Of a stretch of 64,000 nucleotides of DNA, positions 26,347 through 38,829 are shown piece by piece. Origin of the DNA: Octopus sinensis (Eukaryota); assembly GCF_006345805.1 (NCBI RefSeq), contig NC_043000.1:11966001-12030000 (forward strand), given 5' to 3'. A model generated the notes under the pieces. It was not told the origin of the DNA. It did no database searches and saw only the letters and a list, made by a program, of their open reading frames with translations. Numbering within the stretch: position 1 is the stretch's first letter; every line of letters begins with the position of its first letter. A program made the translations under genes and the position numbers.

Positions 26347-26988
26347 TACTTACTTGTACTTGTGGCGACATTCACCCTGGGCGGATTGAGTTGGCTCCTT
26401 CTACCACCCTCGAGGCATCGAAGAAGTTTCGTGGGAATATGTGGATTTCACAAGCGGACCCCACCAATCCTGCATGTAGAGACATCCCGTTTGCGGCAGA
26501 TTGTCTGCAGATGCAGGGACAGAACGACTGAGGAGCTGCCGGTTGCCAAAACAGACACTCTGAGGATTTTCACCAGAGCCCCGTCTGCCGGGTTGTGGCC
26601 CTAATACCACTCTGTGTCAGACCAATCCACCTTGGGTGGCCCTACGTGGAACTGAAGTTCCTGACAGCATAGCTCTGGAAGTTTCGTGGGAATATGTGGA
26701 TTTCACAAGTGGACCCCAACAATCCCGCATGTAGAGACATCCCGTTTGCGGCAGATTGTCTGCAGATGCAGGGACAGAACGACCGAGGAGCCGCCGGTTG
26801 CCAAAACAGACGCTCTGAGGATTTTCACCAGAGCCCCGTCTGCCGGGTTGTGGCCCTAATACCACTCTGTGTCAGGCCAATCTGCCTTGGGTGGCCCTAC
26901 CTAGAACTGAAGTTCCCGACAGCATAGCTCTGACACTACCCATTGCCAGTGTCCCCACCACGGTGAGGAGGGGATGGACTTTGGGGGC
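26347..26988 (-). mobile_element. Non-coding RTE-derived retro-element with 11-bp TSD and internal ~255-bp duplication
   Basis: TSD gctggaactct at 26336-26346 and 26989-26999; minus-strand 3' tail caagtacaagtaagta; 5' part gagctatgctgtcggg..gtagggccacccaaggc resembles RTE (Expander/BovB-type) 5' UTRs as recalled. Confidence 0.7.
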
Positions 26989-27605
26989 GCTGGAACTCTC
27001 CCTAAAAGGAAAGAAAAAAAAAACAAAACAAAAAATCCTTCAGTACCTGTGAATTATAAGACGAAAGAAGTTCCAAAATGCTTCTATTCTGCTTTGTCAA
27101 ATTTTTCCCCTGAGACTCTGCATATAACTATAAAAAAGCTATCTTGCAGGTTCTTTTGCAGCCCTATTTTGACTGCAATAAAATAGGCGGGGTTGCTGCG
27201 GCAGGAGAAATGCCTGTTATATTAATGAGGTTGAATAAGTACATAACAGCTTTCTTTCTGGCTCATTGTCTGTACTTCTGTACTTTAAGACAGCGACAAG
27301 TTTTCTAGGAGAAGGAGGGAGAAGGGGTATTTGACTGTTATGTTGAGTAGGTCAAACAATGAGATAGAAGCTGCTTTACTAGCTCATATGATCCTCTGAT
27401 CCCCACCCCCCATGATTTTTTTTTGGTTTTTTTTTTTTTTGTAAAGACAGTATGGCATTTGTTAGCAGAAATTTGACTGCTATATTTGTTGAGTGACATC
27501 ATAGGCTCTTCCTCCCTGGCTCATGAAAGTGTTAGCAGTTGCACATCACATACAGGCAATTGTAGCTGCTTACAACAAACTAAAAACCATTCAACAAAGA
27601 TGAAA

Positions 27606-28160
27606 ACAAAAAAAAAAAGAAAGAAAAAGAGGGGCAGATTAATTAAATTAAGCAACATTCTATGTCTGTCTGCTGGCTGTCAGGATTGGATGAAGAGGGG
27701 TGGGGGGCAAGGGCGGGATGTCTAATATGCATGAATTATATATGTGTGCACATGACTGTTACATCTGTTGCGTCAGATGTGATGTTCAGGTTGAGTGAAT
27801 TTTATGTTGTTAACACACCCTTCTGTGTACACCTGAATATAATTAGTACGATATGGATCTGTGTATATATCTGTGCATCCATATGTATTTGTGTGTGTGT
27901 GTGTGTGTGTGTGTGCGTTTGTGTATATGCATGAGTGTGTGTTTGTATAAGTGTATGTGGGTCTTCACATAAATGTGTGTGTACAATTTAGTGAAAATTT
28001 ATGTGCATAGGCACAGGCATGGCTGTGTGGTAAGAAGCTTGCTTACCAACTACAAGGTTCCGGGTTCAGTCCCACTACGTGACACTTTGGGCAAGTGTCT
28101 TCTACTATAGCCTTGGACCAACAAAAGCTTTGGAAACTGGAAGAAGCCTGTGGTGTATAC

Positions 28161-28218
<58 letters not shown>

Positions 28219-28892
28219 GTGTCTGTATCTTTGTGTCTGTGTTTGTCCCCCACCACTGCGTGACAACCAATATGGTGTGTTTACATCCCTGTGACTCAGC
28301 AGTTTGGCAAAAGAGACCGATAGAATAAGTACCAGGCTTAACAAAAAAAAAAGAAAGAAAAAGAGGGGCAGATTAATTAAATTAAGCAACATTCTATGTC
28401 TGTCTGCTGGCTGTCAGGATTGGATGAAGAGGGGTGGGGGGCAAGGGCGGGATGTCTAATATGCATGAATTATATATGTGTGCACATGACTGTTACATCT
28501 GTTGCGTCAGATGTGATGTTCAGGTGAGTGAATTTTATGTTGTTAACACACCCTTCTGTGTACACCTAATATAATTAGTACGATATGGATCTGTGTATAT
28601 ATCTGTGCATCCATATGTATTTGTGTGTGTGTGTGTGTGTGTGTGTGCGTTTGTGTATATGCATGAGTGTGTGTTTGTATAAGTGTATGTGGGTCTTCAC
28701 ATAAATGTGTGTGTACAATTTAGTGAAAATTTATGTGCATAGGCACAGGCATGGCTGTGTGGTAAGAAGCTTGCTTACCAACTACAAGGTTCCGGGTTCA
28801 GTCCCACTGTATGGCACTTTGGGCAAGTGTCTTCTACTATAGCCTTGGACCAACAAAAGCTTTGGAAACTGGAAGAAGCCTGTGGTGTATAC

Positions 28893-28934
<42 letters not shown>

Positions 28935-29078
28935 TGGTGTGTGTGTGTGCGTGTGTGTCTGTATCTTTGTGTCTGTGTTTGTCCCCCACCACTGCGTGAC
29001 AACCAATATTGGTGTGTTTACATCCCTGTGACTCAGCAGTTTGGCAAAAGAGACCGATAGAATAAGTACCAGGCTTAA
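27606..29078. repeat. Tandem duplication, ~734 bp x 2, including a SINE A
   Basis: ggggcagattaattaaatt at 27631 and 28365; A-rich microhomology at the junctions. Confidence 0.95.
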
Positions 29079-29249
29079 CAAAAAAAAAAGAAAAAAATTA
29101 AGCATTGGGGTTGACTCATTCAACTAAAATCTCTCAAGGTGGTGCTCCAGCATGGCTGTAGTCTAATGACTGAAACAGGTTATAAATTAAAAAAATAGAA
29201 GTTATTTATTTTTAGTTCTATTTTATTCCAAAAGTTAAGTTCAAACATA

Positions 29250-29395
29250 TTTCTTTCTTTATTGCACACAAGGGGCTAAACATAGAGGGGACAAACAAGG
29301 ACAGGAAAAGGGATTAAATCAATTACATCAACCCCAGTGCATATCTGGTACTTATTTAATCGACACCCAAAAGGATGAAAGGCAAAGTCGACCTT
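29250..29395 (-). mobile_element. SINE family B 3' part
   Basis: tttctttattg..aaggggctaaacatagagggg..aaggatgaaaggcaaagtcgac. Confidence 0.85.
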
Positions 29396-29399
29396 GTTA

Positions 29400-29945
29400 T
29401 CCTCCTCCTCCTCCTCCTCCTCATCATCATCATCATCATCATCGCCACCACCACCACCACCACCACCACCACCACCACCACCATCATACATACATACATA
29501 CATACATACATACACACATACACTCATACACACATACATACATACATACATACATACATACACTCATACATACATACATACATACATACATACATACATA
29601 CACTCATACACGCATACACACACACATACATACATATATACATACACACACACATACATACATACATACATACACACACACATACATACATACACTCATA
29701 TACACACATACATACATACATACATACATACATACACACATACATACATACATACATACATACACTCATGCACACACACATACATACATACACTCATACA
29801 CACACATACATACATACATACATACATACATACACATACATACATACATACATACATACATACACTCATACACACATACATACATACATACACTCATACA
29901 TACATACACACATACATACATACATACATACATACATACATGCAT
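29400..29945. repeat. (CCT)(CAT)(CCA) and long (CATA)n microsatellite
   Basis: Direct reading. Confidence 0.95.
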
Positions 29946-30209
29946 AGGTAAAAAACTTAACGAGTGAGTGCATTACATGAATAATATTTTCAGGGTTAAA
30001 TAAAAAGACAACAAACAGAAAATATGACATACCTATATATATAATAAAAAAAAAAACATGTAGTAAATAAATAAACAAACATATACTGAAAACACAGTCA
30101 GACAGAAAATACAGAAGGTCACCAATTCTTCATCAGTTATCGGCCAGAGGGTCAAACACAATTTCAGCCATTATTGATAATATTGCTTCCACTCATATAC
30201 ATATGTATA

Positions 30210-30254
<45 letters not shown>

Positions 30255-30256
<2 letters not shown>

Positions 30257-30592
30257 TGAGATCTCCTTCAGTCATGACTGACCATGGGATTGCACTTAGA
30301 GAGTTACCCTCCCAGGCACAAGTCCGAGCAAGGTTGTTTATTGAAGACCAGCAGTCGCCCATGCATACCGGCCTCCCCCTCTCCGTGCCACCAGTGTTAT
30401 CCAAGGGAAAGGCAAAGGCCGATACAGCTTGGCACCCGTGACGTCGCAACTTGTTTCTACAACTGAGTGAACTGGAGCAACGTGAAATAAAGTGTCTTGC
30501 TCAAGAACACAACATGCAGCCCGGTCCGGGATTCGAACTCACAACCTCGCGATCACAAGCTCGACACTCTAACCATTGAGCCATGTGCCTTC
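30255..30592 (-). mobile_element. tRNA-derived SINE with an RTE-like 3' tail
   Basis: Minus-strand head tggctcaatggttagagtgtcgagc..gagttcgaatccc (A/B boxes); tail caatcccatggtcagtcatgactgaagg. Confidence 0.85.
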
Positions 30593-30610
30593 ACACACAC
30601 ACACACACAC

Positions 30611-30648
<38 letters not shown>

Positions 30649-31169
30649 CATACACATACATATGCATGTATATATACATGCATATGCATACATACATACA
30701 TACATACATACATACATACATACATACATACATACATACATGCATACATATATGTATATTAATATATTATGATTCAGGTGAATAAAACACTTAAATTGGA
30801 AAGTACTGGGTTGGGTCAGAATTAAAACGCATACACAGCAATATATATATATATATATAACAATGAAGAAATTAGTGATATAGATATCCACTTTATACAG
30901 CTCAACCAATTAGCGCTTTGATAGAGCTTCAGAAATATAAAATTAAGAAGAGAGAAGACAAATTCAAAGGTCGATATATATATTCATTCAATCCATATTA
31001 ACGAAATTCTCTGTGGTATACAACATACATAGATGCACTCATCTATATAATATATAAAATTTCTAAGAATTTACAAATACATAGATATACATGGAAATCT
31101 ATAAATATATATATGTATACATATATATATATTTATATATATATATATACACATATATGTTTGTATGCA

Positions 31170-31533
31170 TGTGTATCTTTCTGTTTGTGTTCGTACCCTC
31201 AACACTGCTTGACAACCAGTGTTGCTGTGTTTACATCCCTGTAACTTAGCAGTTTGGCAAAATATATTGATAGAATAGGTACTAGGCTTCAAATATAAAA
31301 AAATAAGTCCTGGGATTGATTTGTTCAACTAAATCCTTCCAAATTGGTGCTCCATCATGGCCACAGTCAAATAACTGAAACAAGTAAAAGAATAAAGGAT
31401 AAAAAATATGTGGTTAGTATTATAGTTTGTGTGTATCCAAAAGGATGAAAGGCAAAGTCGACCTTGGCAGAATTTGAACTCAGAACATAAAAACAAATGA
31501 AATACCACTTAGTATTTTGCCCAGTGTTGTTAA

Positions 31534-31608
<75 letters not shown>

Positions 31609-31821
31609 CCTGTCTACTGGAAGCACAAGGCTTCAAATTTGGGGGAAGGTATTTAGTCGATTACATTGACCTCAGTACTTGACTGGTACTTATTTAGTCA
31701 ACCCTGGAAGGATGAAAGGCAAAGTTGACCTCGGCGGAATTTGGACTTAGAACATAGTGACAGACGAAATACTGCTAAGCATTTTGCCCGGCATGCTAAC
31801 AATTCTGCGAGCTCGCTGCCA
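31170..31821. mobile_element. Cluster: SINE A 3' half (+), two SINE B pieces (-) and (TAA)n
   Basis: Matches to the family consensus sequences within the window. Confidence 0.8.
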
Positions 31822-31919
31822 TAATAATAATAATATAATAATAATAATAATAATAATAATGTTTTCTTTATTGGCTACATAACCTTACATAGAACACACA
31901 GGGACACAAATACAAATCA

Positions 31920-32627
31920 GAAATGGAGGGGTTTGGGCCGGTTTTTAGGAGCTGGATCTCGACAATTTATGGCGGCATCTCCTCGGTGGCTAACTATCAG
32001 AATCATTTAATATTTTGCGCCCTGTCCACCAAGGTTGCCCTCTCTCGCCTCTTCTGTATGTGTTGAGCTTAAGGAGCCACTCTACAGAAAACGGAGGCGT
32101 TGAGCAGTTTTCTGCAAAAGCTAGGTTGCAAGAGAAGCATGTCGGCATATGCAGACAACGTCACCATGGCCCTGTCGGACGCCACACACATTGAGGCAAT
32201 CAGCACTGCTCTAAGGGAATATGAAGTAGTGATAGGAGCGAAGATTAACCCGGACAGATCAGTAGGCCTGCAACTCGGTACCTGGAAAGGCAGATCTAAT
32301 GCCATCCAACAGTGTCATTGGGTGCTGGACAGATGGACTGGTTAAGCTACTCACTCAGAAATGGGCTGAGAGGAAACTGTCCCTTAAAGGTTGGGCAGAA
32401 GTGGCAAATACGTACATCACATCAGTCATCTATTACCGTTTGACCATCATGCCTTGTCACGAGTCATGCCTAAACAAGTTAGAGTGTATACACTTTCACG
32501 TTCTGTGGAAGGGGCATGTTCCTCTTGACAGGCGGTCCATCCACTGTCAACAGCCGCTGAATGGAGGGCCAGGCATGCAGCGGTTGCTGATCCACAGTCA
32601 TGTGCTGAGGCTGCTACATCTCCACCC

Positions 32628-32628
<1 letters not shown>
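31920..32628 (+). pseudogene. Tx1/L1-clade LINE reverse transcriptase fragment
   Basis: GFGPVFRSWISTIY, VHQGCPLSPLLYVL, SAYADNVT, GAKINPDRS, WAERKLSLKG, QQPLNGGPGM; frameshifted. Confidence 0.85.
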
Positions 32629-32667
<39 letters not shown>

Positions 32668-32672
32668 TAATA

Positions 32673-32810
32673 TAAGGTTGTCCCAAAAGTTCGTAGAAAG
32701 TCTTGGAAAATAATGGTCTTTATTTTGAGGAATAATTTTTGTTGTTTTTGTTAGTACTTGGCGAGTAAAAATTCAATTTTCGCAAGTGTTTACAAACTTT
32801 TGGGACAACC

Positions 32811-32813
<3 letters not shown>
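32673..32813. mobile_element. Small Tc1/mariner-type MITE
   Basis: TIR aggttgtcccaaaagtt / aacttttgggacaacct, in TA context. Confidence 0.8.
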
Positions 32814-32854
<41 letters not shown>

Positions 32855-33374
32855 TAATAATAATGATAATAATAATAATAATAATAGTGATGATAATAAT
32901 AATAATGATAAAAATAATAATAATAATAATAATAATAATTATAATGGTAATGAACACAAACAAACAAACAAAGTTTGCTTTAGAAGCGTTGAGATGTCTC
33001 AGAAAGTTAAAGAAGTGATATTAATTTCTCAAACGCAGGATAATGCTAATAATATAACCTGAACAGGATAAGCTATCCTTATTTTGCAGAAAAAAGTGTT
33101 GGCAGCCGGCTATAAGACTCGAACTCACAGCTCCGTGATTACATGTCGCGGATAATGATAATAATAATATGTAAATAAAATACAACTAAGGAATGCTTTA
33201 TTGCAGAATTGAGGAATTTACTAAAATTTAATATAATTAATTAACGTGAAATTAGTACTTCTTTGAAGTGTTTTTCCTACAAATTCTCATAAATTTTACC
33301 ATTTTCTTGCCTGAGCAATGTTTTTTTGTTTTTTCCTTTTTGAATATGGCAAACTGACCTGTAGTGTAGTCTCA

Positions 33375-33530
33375 GGTTAATTAATGACACAACTATGATG
33401 TCCTAGGCTAATTAATGACAACATACACTGTTCTAAAATGTTCTATATTAATTAATGACAAAACTATGATGTCTTTGGTTAATTAATGACATGATCGTTC
33501 TTATGATGTTGTCCCAGATTAATTGATGGT
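33375..33530. repeat. Degenerate ~31-40-bp minisatellite with core TAATTAATGACA
   Basis: Four exact cores plus one variant. Confidence 0.75.
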
Positions 33531-33589
33531 ATAAACTAAGTGTTCCGTAATGCTGTCCCAGATTATATCATGACATGCGTGTTCTTGTA

Positions 33590-34157
33590 ATCATCATCAT
33601 CATCATCGTCGTCATCATCATCATCATCTTCATCATCGTCATCATCATCATCATCGTCGTCGTCGTCGTCACCGTCATCATCATCATCAGCATCATCATC
33701 ATCATCATCATCGTCATCATCGTCATCATCGTCATCATCGTCATCATCATCATCATCATCATCGTCGTCGTCACCGTCATCGTCATCCTCCTCCTCCTCC
33801 TCATCATCGTCATCATCATCATCATCATCATCATCGGCATCATCATCGGCATCATCATCATCATCGTCATCATCGTCATCATCGTCATCATCATCATCAT
33901 CATCATCATCGTCGTCGTCACCGTCATCGTCATCCTCCTCCTCCTCCTCCTCATCATCATCATCATCATCAATCATTCAGTGTCTGTTTTGATACATATT
34001 CTTGAATCATCGTCATCGTCGTCATCATTATTGTCATCATCACCATTGCAATTGTCATCATTATTATCGTCGTCGTTGTCATCATCATCATCATCATCGT
34101 CATCATCAGCATCATCGTCGTCGTCATCATCGTTGTCGTCATCATCATCATCATCAT
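33590..34157. repeat. (TCA/TCG)n trinucleotide field with internal duplication
   Basis: Direct reading; abuts an RTE tail on the minus strand (34155-34385). Confidence 0.95.
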
Positions 34158-34395
34158 TCAACATTTGTTTTCCATGCTGGCATGGGTTGGACGGTTCGAC
34201 AGGTGACAGCAAGCCAGAAGATCACACCAAGCTCCTTGTTGTCTACTTCTGGCATGGCTTCCGTAGCTGGGGATACCCTTCCTAATGCCGACCACTTTAC
34301 AGAATGTATACTGGGTGCTTTTCACATGGCAGGAACACCTCTGATGTCACCAAGTGACTCACAAGACAAGATTGCTCGACTGAAGAGGTGGGGAT

Positions 34396-36355
34396 AGCGA
34401 GCTGGCAGAAACGTTAGCACGACGGGCGAAATGCGTAGCCGTATTTCGTCTGCCGTTACGTTCTATGTTCAAATTCCGCCGAGGTCGACTTTGACTTTCA
34501 TCCTTTCGGGGTCGATTAAATAAGCACCAGTTACGCACTGGGAGTCGATGTAATCGACTTAATCCGTGTGTCTGTCCTTGTTTGTCCTCTCTGTTTTTGG
34601 CCCCTTGTGGGCAGTAAAGAAATAGGTTTTGTGCCAGTCAATGTACCAGTAAGAGTATGTTGGCCTAAATAAATTAATGATGTCACTAGCTGTTGTCTAG
34701 TGTCGTTATTGTAGGTTAACTCATGGCATTGCTAACTGTTCTAGGTTCAGTGATGACAGAACGAAATCTTCGGTAGAGTTGTCCTAGATGAGCTCATCAC
34801 TTAAAGCAACTAATTAATTAACTGTACTAAGTCAGAAGGACGGTTAGAGCAAGCTGTTCTATTCAACATTCTAACAATCTTGACAGTTTGTTCCCTGCAC
34901 ACAAACACACATACACATACACGCACACGCACGCATACACACACACACACACACACGCACGCACACGCACACACACACACACACACAACACACACACACA
35001 CCACCACCACCACCACCACCGCCGCCACCACCACCACCACTTGTCAAAACACTGATGAAATAATTTTTAAGCAAACATACGGGTGTGGCTGTATGGTAAG
35101 AAGTTCGCTTCTTACCACACAGGTAAGGCGGCGAGCTGGCAGAAACGTTAGCATGCCGGGCGAAATGCTTAGCGGTATTTCGTCTGCCGTTACATAGTGA
35201 GTTCAAATTCCGCCAAGGTCGACTTTGCCTTTCATCCTTTCGGAGTCGATTAAATAAGTACCAGTTACGCACTGGGGTCGATATAATCGACTTAATCCCT
35301 TTGTCTGTCCTTATTTGTCCTCTCTGTGTTTGGCCCCTTGTGGGCAGTAAAGAAATAGGTTTTGTGCCAGTCAATGTACCAGTAAGAGTATGTTGGCCTA
35401 AATAAATTAATGATGTCACTAGCTGTTGTCTAGTGTCGTTATTGTAGGTTAACTCATGGCATTGCTAACTGTTCTAGGTTCAGTGATGGCAGAACGAAAT
35501 CTTCGGTAGAGTTGTCCTAGATGAGCTCATCACTTAAAGCAACTAATTAATTAACTGTACTAAGTCAGAAGGACGGTTAGAGCAAGCTGTTCTATTCAAC
35601 ATTCTAACAATCTTGACAGTTTGTTCCCTGCACACAAACACACATACACATACACGCACACGCACGCATACACACACACACACACACACGCACGCACACG
35701 CACACACACACACACACACACACACCACACACACCACCACCACCACCACCGCCGCCACCACCACCACCACTTGTCAAAACACTGATGAAATAATTTTTAA
35801 GCAAACATACGGGTGTGGCTGTATGGTAGAAGTTCGCTTCTTACCACACAGGTAAGGCGGCGAGCTGGCAGAAACGTTAGCATGCCGGGCGAAATGCTTA
35901 GCGGTATTTCGTCTGCCGTTACATTGTGAGTTCAAATTCCGCCAAGGTCGACTTTGCCTTTCATCCTTTCGGAGTCGATTAAATAAGTACCAGTTACGCA
36001 CTGGGGTCGATATAATCGACTTAATCCCTTTGTCTGTCCTTGTTTGTCCTCTCTGTGTTTGGCCCCTTGTGGGTAGTAAAGAAATAGGTATTTCTTCCGC
36101 CGTTACGTTCTGAGTTCAAATTCCACCGATGGTCGACTTTGCTTTTCATCCTTTCGGGGTCGATAAATTAGGTACCAGTTACGTACCGGGGTCGATATAA
36201 TCGACTTAATCCGTTTGTCTGTCCTTGTTTGTCTCCTCTGTGTGTAACCCCTTGTGGGCAGTAAAGAAATAGGTATTTCGTCAGCCGCTACGTTCTGAGT
36301 TCAAATTCCGCCGATGTCGACTTTGCCTTTCATCCTTTCGGGGTCGATAAATTAA
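34396..36355 (+). repeat. SINE-B-bounded tandem duplication (~733 bp x 2) ending in a SINE B multimer
   Basis: gcagtaaagaaataggttttgtgccag at 34611 and 35344; SINE B at 34396, 35124 and 35853, the last with about three bodies. Confidence 0.93.
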
Positions 36356-36405
36356 TTCGGATCAACCGGAACCCTCGTCGTCGTAACCGACGGAGTACTT
36401 CCACC

Positions 36406-36454
<49 letters not shown>

Positions 36455-36620
36455 GTTGAAATTTACAGAAAAACAAAAAGACCAAGACAGGTGTTTGAAC
36501 AACAAGCAGGTGCATTAGTTTGACGCTCGGGAAAGTGAGAAAATCTTTTACGTTTCGAGCCTACGCTCTTCAACAGAAAGGAATAAGATAAAATAAACAG
36601 AGAGAATGAAAAGACGTGTG
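36455..36620 (-). mobile_element. Penelope-like pLTR relic with hammerhead-like motif (36544-36580)
   Basis: Minus strand cttt-CTGTTGA-a-gagc-gtag-gctc-GAAA-cg-TA-aaag. Confidence 0.55.
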
Positions 36621-36639
36621 GATTTATATATGTAATATA

Positions 36640-36692
<53 letters not shown>

Positions 36693-36927
36693 TAACAATT
36701 GAGGATAAAATCTTTAAAAGAAATTATCAGTAGTCAGCGTGAAAAACCTCGTAAGAGAAAAAATCGTAAATTTTTCCTCTTTGAAAATATTCATTTATAT
36801 TATATTGAGGGTACTACTATTCGTAGATACCAACACGCTAAGAGGACCAATGCGGTCAAAACTACTAAATAAACAAAATTTTACCGAATGCAAAACTTCA
36901 AAACACATCATTTTAAAAAGAATTCAG

Positions 36928-36990
36928 TTACATATCACATGTGATTTCGCATTTAAATGCAGAATATGCATTTCATGTTCGTCAGTGCAA
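36928..36990 (-). ncRNA. Minimal hammerhead ribozyme motif with intact core, in a Penelope-like relic (~36690-37115)
   Basis: ttgca-CTGACGA-acatgaaatgcatattctgcatttaaatgc-GAAA-tcacatgtga-TA-tgtaa; palindromic stem III atcacatgtgat. Confidence 0.68.
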
Positions 36991-37112
36991 CAAACTCAAG
37001 AAATATAAGAAAAAACATAACATTACAAACTCGATAGCCAACCGTAGAATTCGTCGTAGCATGTCCGAATGTTTATCTTTACATATCTATGAAAATGGCG
37101 GGCTTATTCGCA

Positions 37113-37156
<44 letters not shown>

Positions 37157-37234
37157 CATATATATACATATATATATATATATGTAACATGTATGCATGT
37201 ATGTTATATGCATGTATGTATACACATGCGAGGA

Positions 37235-37870
37235 CATAAGTGTAAATGAAGGGGAGAAAACAGCACTCGAGTATTGAAAGCAGAGTAAAATGTAATTTTA
37301 TTCAAGCTGAAAAAAGATTTCATAAACAGTTACTTATAAACGGTTGCTCAGTGCTCCACGTAACTGATCGTCAAACAGAAGTGAATTTTGGGAATAGTAC
37401 AATAGTTTATAAATGTTCATAAATGGTGCAACGGTAATTATACGGTAACTCAATGAACAGGAATTTATGATTTTTCAAAATTATTAGAATTTGTTGGATA
37501 AAGATAGTTTGTGGCGTTTGTTTCGTACATGCTCTCTGTTTTGTCGGCGAGAATGTGAACACGAAATAATTGTGGAATGAATTTAGAAAGGTGTCAGAAG
37601 ATTGCCGATATCTTAGTTTCTTGAAGGAGTTTAACAAATCCGCTTCGAAGTTCCCAAGACCCTTCATCTGGCAAAGGAATTTTCGTGGTTTCAAACTGAA
37701 TTTTTCTGTGGATGCGATGGCAGTATATAATTTCTATACAAAGGAAATTAAATTATTTACTCTTTATCGCAAAGACAGACGGTCTCAATTAATATTAAAT
37801 AAGAAAGTGACGCCTCCCCCATGGAGTCGCTTGCAGGCAATTATGTTACCAGTAAAATTAGTCATCTAAC
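37235..37870 (-). pseudogene. Decayed Penelope-like element ORF (N-terminal region) and pLTR-like end
   Basis: Peptides FSLKPRKFLCQMKGLGNFEADLLNSFKKLRYR and HILADKTESMYE resemble the pre-RT ADK motif region of Penelope-like ORFs. Confidence 0.5.
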
Positions 37871-38070
37871 ATTCAGGCTTTTTATCAATAGTTCAAAACA
37901 TTGTATAAGCCAGTAGCTTATGCACTTTAGAATTACAGCCATTGCAGTTTTCATAGCTTACAATTATACAACGTTGGACTTCTGTTAAGTTACCAGAATC
38001 TCTACCTGGAAAGGTGTACTGTACTACAGAATATATTTATAGATTTTTTTGCTAGTTCTGTGTACATACA

Positions 38071-38234
38071 GGCGCAGGAGTGGCTGTGTGGTAAGTAGCT
38101 TGCTTACCAACCACATGGTTCCGGGTTCAGTCCCACTGCGTGGCACCTTGGCCAAGTGTCTTCTACTATATCCTCGGGCCGACCAAAGCCTTGTGAGTGG
38201 ATTTAGTAGATGGAAACTGAAAGAAGCCCGTCGC

Positions 38235-38316
<82 letters not shown>

Positions 38317-38534
38317 TGTATGTTTGTGTGTCTGTGTTTGTCTACCCCAACATCGCTTGACAACCGATGCTGGTGTGTTTACGTCCCCGTAACTTAGCGG
38401 TTCGGCAATAGAGCCTGATAGAATAAGTACTAGGCTTCCAAAGAATAAGTCCTGGAGTCGATTTGCTCGACTAAAGGCGGTGCTCCAGCATGGCCGCAGT
38501 CAAATGACTGAAACAAGCAAAAGAGTAAAAGAGT
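38071..38534 (+). mobile_element. SINE family A, full length
   Basis: tRNA-like head (tggctgtgtggt, gggttcagtccc), internal (TA)n(TG)n, (gtaaaaga)n tail. Confidence 0.93.
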
Positions 38535-38829
38535 TATACAGATGTAAGCACTTTGTATATACAATCTTCGCGAACAGGAATAGCGGAATAGCGGTATCAG
38601 CTGAAGCAGTTTAATATTTTGTTGGGATTTCATTATATTTCACCAGCGGCTGAATGCCATTCTTAACTGTACATCAAGCTACATATGCACGGATACTCTG
38701 CTATATAGGCACACACCACCCCGTTTCCTCCACCCATCTAACTTCCCCCATAGGATAGCATTTCTATCTGGCTCCTAACCTTTTTCCTCTTTTCAATCAC
38801 CATTTCTCCTTTATATTTTATAAAAAAAA

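Noticed and set aside
33563-33976. Poly-Asp ORF resembling acidic biomineralisation proteins
   Set aside because: It is the (GAT)n field contiguous with an RTE tail; no signal peptide or splice context; several frames are open
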